From Bugula neritina (Eukaryota; Animalia; Bryozoa), in NCBI GenBank assembly GCA_964035545.1, contig OZ037770.1, positions 7,048,729-7,112,728 on the forward strand: DNA of 64,000 nt, given 5' to 3'. The translations under genes and the position numbers were made by a program. Of this stretch, positions 51,801-64,000 are shown piece after piece. Numbering within the stretch: position 1 is the first letter of the stretch; each line of letters opens with the position of its first letter. Under the pieces are notes generated by a model. The model had not been told where the DNA came from. It did no database searches and was given only the letters and a program-made list of their open reading frames with translations.

Positions 51801-54800
51801 CCATTTGTGGCACTTTTAGCACATTTGAGCACTTTTCAGCACATTCGGGCACTTTTAGCACATTTAAGCACTTTTTAGCCTGTTTATGCACTTTTCAGCC
51901 CATTTAGGCACTTTTCAGCACGTTTGGGCTTTTTTAGCATATTTAAGCACATTTTGCCACTTTTTAGCACATTTAGGCACTTTTTAGCACCTTTGGGCAC
52001 TTTTAGGCACATTTAAACATTTTAGAACATTTAGGCACTTTTTAGTACATTTAGGCATTTTTTAGCACATTTAGGCACTTTTAGCACATTTAAGCATATT
52101 GGCACTTGTAGCACATTTAAGCACATTTGGGCACTTTTCAGCACGTTTCGGCACTTTTTGGCACATTTAAGCACTTTTTAACACATTTGGTCACTTTTAG
52201 CACATTTGAGCCTTTTTTAGCACATTTAAGCAGGTTTTAGTACATTTAGGCACTTTTAGCACATTTAGGCACTATTAGCACATTTAGCACTTTTAGCACA
52301 TTTAAGCATATTTGGGCACTTTTAGCCCATTTGGGCACTTGTAGCACTTTTGAGCACTTTTCAGCACATTTGGGCACTTTTAGCACATTTAAGCACTTTT
52401 TAGCCTAGTTAGGCACTTTTTAGCACATTTGGGGGACTATTAGCACATTTAAGCACATTTGGGCACTTTTTAGCACATTCAGGCACTATTTAGGACATTT
52501 AAGCATTTTCTAGCCTATTTGGGCACTGATCGCACTTTTGAGCACTTTTCAGTACATTTGGGCACTTTTAGCACATTTAAGCCCTTTTTAGCACGTTTAT
52601 GCAGTTTTTAGTACATTAGGCACTTTTTTTCGCACATTTAGGCACTATTAGCACATTTAAGCACATTTGGGCACTTTTTGCACATTTAAGCACTTTTTAA
52701 CACATTTATGCAGTTTTTCGTACATTTAGGCACTTTTTAGCACATTTAGGCACTATTAGCACATTTAGGCACATCTTGGCACTTTTTGGCCCATTTACGC
52801 ACATTTTAGCACATTTGGTCACTTTTAGCACATTGTGCCACTTTTTAGCACATTTAGGCTTTTTTAGCACCTTTGGCACTTTTAGGCACATTTAAACAAT
52901 TTTCAGCACATTAAGGCACTTTTTAGCCCATTTGGGCACTTTTTAGCACTTTTAGGCACTTTTTAGCCCATTTGGGCACTTTTAGCACTTTTGAGCACTC
53001 TTACGCACATTTGGGCACTTTTAGCACATTTGGGCACTTTTAGCACTTTTGAGCACTTTTCAACACATTTGGGCACTTTTAGCACATTTAAGCACTTTTT
53101 AGCCTAGTTAGGCACTTTTTAGCACATTTAGGCACTATTAGCACATTTAAGCGCATTTGGGCACTTTTTAGCACATTTAGGCACTATTTAGCACATTTAG
53201 GCATTTTCTAGCCTATTTGGGCACTTTTCGCACTTTTGAGCACTTTTCAGCACATTCGGGCACTTTTAGCACATTTAAGCACATTTTGCCACTTTTTAGC
53301 ACATTTAGGCACTTTTTAGCACATTTAGGCACTTTTTAGCCCATTTGGGCACTTTTAGCACTTTTGAGCACTTTTTAGCACATTTGGGCACTTTTAGCAC
53401 ATTTAAGCACTTTTTAGCCTAGTTAGGGACTTTTTAGCACATTTAGCACTTGTAGCACATTTAAGCACATTTGGGCACTTTTCAGCACATTTCGGCACTT
53501 TTTGGCACATTTAAGCACTTTTTAAGACATTTGGTCACTTTTAGCACATTTGAGCTTTTTTTAGCACATTTAAGCAGTTTTTAGTACATTTAGGCACTTT
53601 TTAGCACATTTAGGCACTATTTAGCACATTTAAGCACTTTAGCACATTTAAGCACATTGGGCACTTTTTAGCCCATTTGGGCACTTTTAGCACTTTTGAG
53701 CACTTTTCAGCACATTTGGGCACTTTTAGCACATTTAAGCACTTTTTAGCCTAGTTAGGGACTTTTTAGCACATTTAGGGACTATTAACACATTTAAGCA
53801 CATTTGGCACTTTTTAGCACATTTAGGCACTATTTAGCACATTTAGGCATTTTCTAGCCTATTTGGGCACTTTTCGCACTTTTGAGCACTTTTCAGCCCA
53901 TTTAGGCACTTTTCAGCACGTTTGGGCTTTTTTTAGCACATTTAAGCACATTTTGCCACTTTTTAGCACATTTAGGCACTTTTTAGCACATTTAGGCACT
54001 TTTTAGCCCATTTGGGCACTTTTAGCACTTTTGAGCACTTTTCAGCACATTTGGGCACTTTTAGCACATTTAGGCACTTTTTAGCACATTTAGGCACTAT
54101 TAGCACATTTAAGCACATTTGGGCACTTTTTAGCACATTTAGGCATTTTTTAGCCTATTTGGGCACTTTTCGCACTTTTGAGCACTTTTCAGCACATTTG
54201 GGCACTTTTAGCACATTTGAGCACTTTTTGCACATTTAAGCAGTTTTTAGTACATTTAGGCACTTTTTAGCACATTTAGGCACTATTAACACATTTATGC
54301 ACATTTGGGCACTTTTTAGCACATTTAGGCACTTTTTAGCCCATTTGTGGACCTTTTAGCACATTTAAGCACTTTTTAGCCTGTTTATGCACTTTTCAGC
54401 ACATTTTGCCACTTTTTAGCACATTCAAACACTTTTCAGCACATTTAGGCACTTTTAGCACATTTAAGCACATTTTAGCACATTCAAGCACTTTTTAGCT
54501 CATTTGGGCACTTTTAGCACATTTAAGCACATTTTAGCACATTCAAGCACTTTTTAGCACATTTGGGCACTTTTAGGCACATTTAAACACTTTTAGCACA
54601 TTTAAGCACTTTTTAAAACATTTAGGCACTTTTTAGCACATTTAGGCACTTTTAGCACATTTAAGCACATTTTAGCACATTCAAGCACTTTTTAGCACAT
54701 TTAAGCAGTTTTTAGCACATTTAGGCACTTTTTAGCACCTTTGGGCAATTTTAGGCACATTTAAGCATTTTTTAGCACATTTAGGCACTTTTTAGTACAT

Positions 54801-57800
54801 TTAGGCACTTTTTAGCACATTTAGGCACTTGTAGCACATTTAAGCACATTTGGGCACTTTCAGCACATTTCGGCACTTTTTGGCACATTTAAGCACTTTT
54901 TAAGACATTTGTCACTTTTAGCACATTTGAGCTTTTTTAGCACAATTAAGCAGTTTTTAGTACATTTAGGCACTTTTTAGCACATTTAGGCACTATTTAG
55001 CACATTTAAGCACTTTAGCACATTTAAGCACATTGGCACTTTTTAGCCCATTTGGGCACTTTTAGCACTTTTGAGCACTTTTTAGCACATTTGGGCACTT
55101 TTAGCACATTTAAGCACTTTTTAGCCTAGTTAGGGACTTTTTAGCACATTTAGGGACTATTAGCACATTTAAGCACATTTGGGCACTTTTTAGCACATTT
55201 AGGCACTATTTAGCACATTTAGGCATTTTCTAGCCTATTTGGGCACTTTTCGCACTTTTGAGCACTTTTCAGCCCATTTAGGCACTTTTCAGCACGTTTG
55301 GGCTTTTTTTAGCACATTTAAGCACATTTTGCCACTTTTTAGCACATTTAGGCACTTTTTAGCACATTTAGGCACTTTTTAGCCATTTGGGCACTTTTAG
55401 CACTTTTGAGCACTTTTCAGCACATTTGGGCACTTTTAGCACATTTAGGCACTTTTTAGCACATTTAGGCACTATTAGCACATTTAAGCACATTTGGGCA
55501 CTTTTTAGCACATTTAGGCATTTTCTAGCCTATTTGGGCACTTTTCGCACTTTTGAGCACTTTTCAGCACATTTGGGCACTTTTAGCACATTTGAGCACT
55601 TTTTGCACATTTAAGCAGTTTTTAGTACATTTAGGCACTTTTTTAGCACATTTAGGCACTATTAACACATTTATGCACATTTGGGCACTTTTTAGCACAT
55701 TTAGGCACTTTTTAGCCCATTTGTGGACCTTTTAGCACATTTGAGCACTTTTCAGCACATTCGGGCACTTTTAGCACATTTAAGCACTTTTTAGCCTGTT
55801 TATGCACTTTTCAGCACATTTTGCCACTTTTTAGCACATTCAAGCACTTTTTAGCACATTTGGGCACTTTTAGGCACATTTAAACACTTTTAGCACATTT
55901 AAGCACTTTTTAAAACATTTAGGCACTTTTTAGCACATTTAGGCACTTTTAGCACATTTAGGCACTTTTAGCACATTAAGCACATTTAGCACATTCAAGC
56001 ACTTTTTAGCACATTTAAGCAGTTTTTAGCACATTTAGGCACTTTTTAGCACCTTTGGGCACTTTTAGGCACATTTAAACATTTTTTAGCACATTTGGGC
56101 ACTTTTTAGTACATTTAGGCACTTTTTAGCACATTTAGGCACTTTTAGCACATTTAAGCACATTTGGGCACTTGTAGCACATTTAAGCGCATTTGGGCAC
56201 TTTTCAGCACATTTCGGCACTTTTTGGCACATTTAAGCACTTTTTAAGACATTTGGCCACTTTTAGCACATTTGAGCTTTTTTTAGCACATTTAAGCAGT
56301 TTTTAGTACATTTAGGCACTTTTTAGCCTAGTTAGGCACTTTTTAGCACATTTAGGGACTATTAGCACCTTTAAGCACATTTGGGGACTTTTTAGCACAT
56401 TTAGGCACTATTTAGCACATTTAGGCATTTTCTAGCCTATTTGGGCACTTTTCGCACTTTTGAGCACTTTTCAGTACATTTGGGCACTTTTCAGCCCATT
56501 TAGGCACTTTTCAGCACGTTTGGGCTTTTTTAGCACATTTAAGCACATTTTGCCACTTTTTAGCACATTTAGGCACTTTTTAGCACATTTAGGCACTTTT
56601 TAGCCCATTTGGGCACTTTTAGCACTTTTGAGCACTTTTCAGCACATTTGGGCACTTTTAGCACATTTAAGGACTTTTTAGCACATTTAGGCACTATTAG
56701 CACATTTAAGCGCATTTGGGCACTTTTTAGCACATTTAGGCACTATTTAGCACATTTAGGCATTTTCTAAGCCTATTTGGGCACTTTTCGCATCTTTGAG
56801 CACTTTTCAGCACATTTGGGCACTTTTAGCACATTTGAGCACTTTTTGCACATTTAAGCAGTTTTTTGTACATTTAGGCACTTTTTAGCACATTTAGGCA
56901 CTATTAACACATTTAAGCACATTTGGGCACTTTTTAGCACATTTAGGCACTTTTTAGCCCATTTGTGGCACTATTAACACATTTAAGCACATTTGGGCAC
57001 TTTTTTAGCACATTTAGGCACTTTTTAGCCCATTTGTGGCACTTTTAGCACATTTGAGCACTTTTCAGCACATTCGGCACTTTTAGCACATTTAAGCCCT
57101 TTTTAGCACGTTTATGCAGTTTTTAGTACATTTAGGCACTTTTTTTTGCACATTTAGGCACTATTAGCACATTTAAGCACATTTGGGCACTTTTTGCACA
57201 TTTAAGCACTTTTTAACACATTTATGCAGTTTTTCGTACATTTAGGCACTTTTTAGCACATTTAGGGCACTATTACCACATTTAGGCACATCTTGGCACT
57301 TTTTGGCCATTTAAGCACATTTTAGCACATTTGGTCACTTTTAGCACATTGTGCCACTTTTTAGCACATTTAGGCTTTTTTTAGCACCTTTGGGCACTTT
57401 TAGGCACATTTAAACAGTTTTCAGCACATTAAGGCACTTTTTAGCCCATTTGGGCACTTTTAGCACTTTTAGGCACTTTTTAGCCCTTTTGGGCACTTTT
57501 TAGCACTTTTGAGCACTTTTACGCACATTTGGGCACTTTTAGGCACATTTGGGCACTTTTAGCACTTTTGAGCACTTTTCAACACATTTGGGCACTTTTA
57601 GCACATTTAAGCACTTTTTAGCCTAGTTAGGCACTTTTTAGCACATTTAGGCACTATTAGCACATTTAAGCGCATTTGGGCACTTTTTAGCACATTTAGG
57701 CACTATTTAGCACATTTAGGCATTTTCTAGCCTATTTGGGCACTTTTCGCACTTTTGAGCACTTTTCAGCACATTCGGGCACTTTTAGCACATTTAAGCA

Positions 57801-60800
57801 CTTTTTAGCCTGTTTATGCACTTTTCAGCCATTTGACATTTTTCAGCACGTTTGGGCTTTTTTAGCACATTTAAGCACATTTTGCCACTTTTTAGCACAT
57901 TTAGGCACTTTTTAGCACATTTAGGCACTTTTAGCACATTTAAGCACATTTTAGCACATGTAGGCGCTATTAGCACATTTAGGCACATTTGGGCACTTTT
58001 TAGCACATTTAGGCACTTTTTAGCACATTTAGGCACTTTTTAGCCCATTTGGGCATTTTAGCACTTTTGAGCACTTTTCAGCACATTTGGGCACTTTTAG
58101 CACATTTAAGCACTTTTTAGCCTATTTAGGCACTTTTTAGCACATTTAGGCACTTTTTAGCTCATTTGGGCACTTTTTAGGCCATTTAGGTACCTCTTAG
58201 CGCATTTAGGCACTTTTCAGCACATTTAGGAGTTTTTAGCACAATTAAGCGCATTGGGCACTTTTTAGCACATTTCGACATTTTTTGGCACATTTAAGCA
58301 CTTTTTTCGCACATTTGGGCACTTTTAGCGCATTTGAGCACTTTTTAGCACATTTAAACACTTTTCAGCACATTTAGGCACTTTTAGCACATTTAAGCAC
58401 ATTTTAGCACATTCAAGCACTTTTTAGCTCATTTGGGCACTTTTAGCACATTTAAGCACATTTTAGCACATTCAAGCACTTTTTAGCATATTTAAGCAGT
58501 TTTTAGTACATTTAGGTACTTTTTAGGACATTTAGGCACTATTAGCACATTTAAGCACATTTGGGCACTTTTTGGCACATTTAGGCACTTTTTAGCACAT
58601 TACGCACTTTTTAGCCCATTTGAGCACTTTTAGCATTTTTGAGCACTTTCCAACACATTTGGGCACTTTTAGCACATTTGAGCACTTTTGGCACATTTAA
58701 GCAGTTTTAGCACATTTAGGCACTTTTTAGCACATTTGGGCACTTTTCAGCATATTTAGGCACTTTTACCACATTTAGGCACATTTAGGCACTGTTTGGC
58801 ACATTTAGGCACATTAAAGCACTGTTTAGCACATTTAGGCACTTTTAGGCACTTTCCAGCACATTTGGGCACTTTTAGCACATTTTGGCACTTTTTAGCA
58901 CATTTGGGCATTTTTTAGCACATTTAAGCACTTTTCAGCACATTTAGGCACTTTTAGCACATTTAGGCACTGTTTATCACATTTAGGCACTTTTAGGCAC
59001 TTTCGAGCACAGTTGGGCACTTTTAGCACATTTAGGCATATTTATGCACTTTATAGCACATTTGGGCATTTTTCAGCACATTTAGGCACTTTTTAGCACA
59101 TTTAGGCACATTTAGGCACTTTTTAGCACATTTGGGCACTTTTCATCACATTTAGGCGCTTTTAGCACATTTAGGCACATTTGCGCACTTTTTTGCACAT
59201 TTAGGCACTTTTTAGCACATTTGGCACTTTTCAGCACATTTAGGCACTTTTAGCACATTTAGGCACATTTAGGCCACTGTTTAGCACATTTAGGCACTTT
59301 TAGGCACTTTCCAGCACATTTGGGCACTTTTGGCACATTTAGGCACTTTTTAGCACATTTGGGCACTTTTCAGCACATTTAGGCACTTTTAGCACATTTA
59401 GGCACATTTAGGCACTTTTTAGCACATTTGGGCACTTTTCAGCACATTTAGGCGTTTTTAGCACGGTTAGGCACATTTAGGCACTTTTTAGCACATTTGG
59501 GCACTTTTCAGCACGTTTAGGCGCTTTTAGCACATTTAGACACATTTGCGCACTTTTTTGCACATTTAGGCACTTTTTAGCACATTTGGGCACTTTTCAG
59601 CACATTTTGGCACTTTTAGCACATTTAGGCACATTTAGGCACTGTTTAGCACATTTAGGCACATTTGGGCATTTCTTAGCACATTTAGGCACTTTTTAGC
59701 ATATTTAGGCACTTTTCAGCACATTTAGGCACTTTTAGCACATTTAGGCACATTTAGGCCCTGTTTAGCACATTTAGGCACTTTTAGGCGCTTTCCACCA
59801 CATTTAGGCACATTTTAGCACATTCAAGCACTTTTTAGCCTATTTGGGCACTTTTAGCACATTTACGCATTTTTGGCTCATTTAAGCACATTTGGGCACT
59901 TTTTAACCCAGTTGGGCACTTTTCAGCACATTTGGGCACTTTTAGCACATTTAAGCACTTTTTAGCCTAGTTAGGCACTTTTTAGCACATTTAGGCACTT
60001 TTAGCACATTTAGGCAGTTTTTATCCATTTGGGCGTTTTTTGGCACATTTAAGCACTTTTTAGCACATTTGGTCACTTTTAGCACATTTGAGCACTTTTT
60101 AGCACATTTGAGCAGTTTTTAGTACATTTGGGCCCTTTTTAGCACATTTAGGCATTTTTTAGCACATTTAGGCACTTTTTAGCCATTTGGGCGCTTTAGG
60201 CACAGTTAAGCACATTTGGGCACATTTAAGCACATTTGGGCACTTTTTGGCACATTTAAGCACTTTTTAGCACATTTGGGCTCTTTTAGCACATTTTGCC
60301 ACTTTTTAGCACATTTAGGCACTTTTAGCACATTTGGGCACTTTTAGCACTTTTGAGCACTTTTCAGCACATTTGGGCACTTTTAGCACATTTAAGCACT
60401 TTTTAGCCTAATTAGGCACTTTTTAGCACATTTAGGCACTATTAGCACATTTAAGCACATTTTAGCACATTCAAGAACTTTTTAGCACATTTGGGCACTT
60501 TTTAGGCCATTTAGGTACTTCTTAGCACATTTAGGCACTTTTCAGCACATTTAGGAGTTTTTAGCACAGTTAAGCACATTTGGGCACTTTTTAGCACATT
60601 TCGACATTTTTTGGCACATTTAAGCACTTTTTAGCACATTTGGGCACTTTTAGCGCATTAGAGCACTTTTTAGCACATTTAAACACTTTTCAGCACATTT
60701 AGGCACTTTTAGCACATTTAAGCACATTTTAGCACATTCAAGCACTTTTTAGCTCATTTGGGCACTTTTAGCACATTTAAGCACATTTTAGCACATTCAA

Positions 60801-63800
60801 GCACTTTTTAGCACATTTGGGCACTTTTAGGCACATTTAAACACTTTTAGCACATTTAAGCACGTTTTAAAACATTTAGGCACTTTTTAGCACATTTAGG
60901 CACTTTTAGCACATTTAAGCACATTTTAGCACATTCAAGCACTTTTTAGCACATTTAAGCAGTTTTTAGCACATTTAGGCACTTTTTAGCACCTTTGGGC
61001 AATTTTAGGCACATTTAAGCATTTTTTAGCACATTTAGGCACTTTTTAGTACATTTAGGCACTTTTTAGCACATTTAGGCACTTTTAGCACATTTAAGCA
61101 CATTTGGGCACTTGTAGCACATTTAAGCACATTTGGGCACTTTTCAGCACATTTCGGCACTTTTTGGCACATTTAAGCACTTTTTAAGACATTTGGTCAC
61201 TTTTAGCACATTTGAGCTTTTTTTAGCACATTTAAGCAGTTTTTAGTACATTTAGGCACTTTTTAGCACATTTAGGCACTATTTAGCACATTTAAGCACT
61301 TTTAGCACATTTAAGCACATTGGGCACTTTTTAGCCCATTTGGGCACTTTTAGCACTTTTGAGCACTTTTCAGCACATTTGGGCACTTTTAGCACATTTA
61401 AGCACTTTTTAGCCTAGTTAGGGACTTTTTAGCACATTTAGGGACTATTAGCACATTTAAGCACATTTGGGCACTTTTTAGCACTTTTAGGCACTATTTA
61501 GCACATTTAGGCATTTTCTAGCCTATTTGGGCACTTTTCGCACTTTTGAGCACTTTTCAGCCCATTTAGGCACTTTTCAGCACGTTTGGGCTTTTTTTAG
61601 CACATTTAAGCACATTTTGCCACTTTTTAGCACGTTTAGGCACTTTTTAGCACATTTAGGCACTTTTTAGCCCATTTGGGCACTTTTAGCACTTTTGAGC
61701 ACTTTTCAGCACATTTGGGCACTTTTAGCACATTTAGGCACTTTTTAGCACATTTAGGCACTATTAGCACATTTAAGCACATTTGGGCACTTTTTAGCAC
61801 ATTTAGGCATTTTCTAGCCTATTTGGGCCCTTTTCGCACTTTTGAGCACTTTTCAGCACATTTGGGCACTTTTAGCACATTTGAGCACTTTTTGCACATT
61901 TAAGCAGTTTTTAGTACATTTAGGCACTTTTTAGCACATTTAGGCACTATTAACACATTTAAGCCCATTTGGGCACTTTTTAGCACATTTAGGCACTTTT
62001 TAGCCCATTTGTGGACCTTTTAGCACATTTGAGCACTTTTCAGCACATTCGGGCACTTTTAGCACATTTAAGCACTTTTTAGCCTGTTTATGCACTTTTC
62101 AGCACATTTTGCCACTTTTTAGCACATTCAAGCACTTTTTAGCACATTTGGGCACTTTTAGGCACATTTAAACAGTTTTAGCACATTTAAGCACTTTTTA
62201 AAACATTTAGGCACTTTTTAGCACATTTAGGCACTTTTAGCACATTTAAGCACATTTTAGCACATTCAAGCACTTTTTAGCACATTTAAGCAGTTTTTAG
62301 CACATTTAGGCACTTTTTAGCACCTTTGGGCACTTTTAGGCACATTTAAACATTTTTTAGCACATTTGGGCACTTTTTAGTACATTTAGGCACTTTTTAG
62401 CACATTTAGGCACTTTTAGCACATTTAAGCACATTTGGGCACTTGTAGCACATTTAAGCGCATTTGGGCACTTTTCAGCACATTTCGGCACTTTTTGGCA
62501 CATTTAAGCACTTTTTAAGACATTTGGTCACTTTTAGCACATTTGAGCTTTTTTTAGCACATTTAAGCAGTTTTTAGTACATTTAGGCACTTTTTAGCAC
62601 ATTTGGGCACTATTTAGCACATTTAAGCACTATTAGCACATTTAAGCACATTTGGGCACTTTTTAGCCCATTTGGGCACTTTTAGCACTTTTGAGCACTT
62701 TTCAGCACATTTAAGCAGTTTTTAGCACATTTAAGCACTTTTTAGCCTAGTTAGGCACTTTTTAGCACATTTAGGGACTATTAGCACATTTAAGCACATT
62801 TGGGGACTTTTTAGCACATTTAGGCACTATTTAGCACATTTAGGCATTTTCTAGCCTATTTGGGCACTTTTCGCACTTTTGAGCACTTTTCAGTACATTT
62901 GGGCACTTTTCAGCCCGTTTAGGCACTTTTCAGCACGTTTGGGCTTTTTTAGCACATTTAAGCACATTTTGCCACTTTTTAGCACATTTAGGCACTTTTT
63001 AGCACATTTAGGCACTTTTTAGCCCATTTGGGCACTTTTAGCACTTTTGAGCACTTTTCAGCACATTTAGGCACTTTTAGCACATTTAAGGACTTTTTAG
63101 CACATTTATGCACTATTAGCACATTTAAGCACATTTGGGCACTTTTTAGCACATTTAGGCACTATTTAGCACATTTAGGCATTTTCTAGCCTATTTGGGC
63201 ACTTTTCGCACTTTTGAGCACTTTTCAGCACATTTGGGCACTTTTAGCACATTTGAGCACTTTTTACACATTTAGGCAGTTTTTAGTACATTTAGGCACT
63301 TTTTAGCACATTTGGTCACTTTTAGCACATTTGAGCACTTTTTAGCACATTTGAGCAGTTTTTAGTACATTTGGGCCCTTTTTAGCACATTTAGGCATTT
63401 TTTAGCACATTTAGGCACTTTTTAGCCATTTGGGCGCTTTAGGCACAGTTAAGCACATTTGGGCACATTTAAGCACATTTGGGCACTTTTTGGCACATTT
63501 AAGCACTTTTTAGCACATTTGGGCTCTTTTAGCACATTTTGCCACTTTTTAGCACATTTAGGCACTTTTAGCACATTTGGGCACTTTTAGCACTTTTGAG
63601 CACTTTTCAGCACATTTGGGCACTTTTAGCACATTTAAGCACTTTTTAGCCTAATTAGGCACTTTTTAGCACATTTAGGCACTATTAGCACATTTAAGCA
63701 CATTTTAGCACATTCAAGAACTTTTTAGCACATTTGGGCACTTTTTAGGCCATTTAGGTACTTCTTAGCACATTTAGGCACTTTTCAGCACATTTAGGAG

Positions 63801-64000
63801 TTTTTAGCACAGTTAAGCACATTTGGGCACTTTTTAGCACATTTCGACATTTTTTGGCACATTTAAGCACTTTTTAGCACATTTGGGCACTTTTAGCGCA
63901 TTTGAGCACTTTTTAGCACATTTAAACACTTTTCAGCACATTTAGGCACTTTTAGCACATTTAAGCACATTTTAGCACATTCAAGCACTTTTTAGCACAT
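48863..64000. repeat. Satellite B main array with higher-order duplications, runs off the window end
   Basis: Same GCAC(A/T)TTT.. unit. Repeated blocks at offsets of ~607 (49314/49921), 1375 (54012/55387), 6289 (55387/61676) and 3243 bp (60131/63374, 60471/63714). Confidence 0.97.

Noticed and set aside
35148-64000. ORFs of the HLGTFSTF type in satellite B (36027, 52706, 54012, 55387, 57794, 61676 and others)
   Set aside because: Translations of the tandem repeat with no domain content.
1-64000. CRISPR array or other prokaryotic system
   Set aside because: The repeats are contiguous 10-bp satellites without unique spacers. No cas genes are present, and spliceosomal introns and a LINE show this is eukaryotic DNA.
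35148-64000. TTAGGC (nematode-type telomere hexamer) occurring often in satellite B
   Set aside because: It is never tandem; it is always embedded in a 10/20-bp unit, so this is not a telomeric tract.

Overview
Eukaryotic, AT-rich, satellite-dominated (heterochromatin-like) window, probably from an invertebrate animal given the short GT-AG introns and RTE LINE; the taxon cannot be determined. Left to right: (1) a 10-bp-period satellite A (CAGTATGTTG/CAGTATATTT), 1-29447, with nested higher-order duplications and a 2.57-kb non-autonomous DNA transposon inserted at 5113-7679. (2) A decayed RTE-clade LINE on the minus strand (29448-35147), sitting exactly at the switch from satellite A to satellite B and interrupted by a second copy of the 2.56-kb element (30955-33512). 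(3) A 10-bp-period satellite B (GCACATTTAG/GCACTTTTTA), 35148-64000, carrying a 12.4-kb DNA transposon (36421-48862). All three DNA-transposon insertions share bipartite termini CACAG-N5-TTAAGGTC and clean 2-bp target-site duplications (GT, TC, TT). By manual splicing, the 12.4-kb element encodes a 16-exon, ~1190-aa DDE transposase with RAG1/Transib/CMC-type motifs (WHD, GD, CxC, LH, HxxxxH, ExxE) and a SAP-like insert. It may also carry an interleaved, spliced antisense small gene. Almost all ORFs in the supplied track are satellite translation artefacts.
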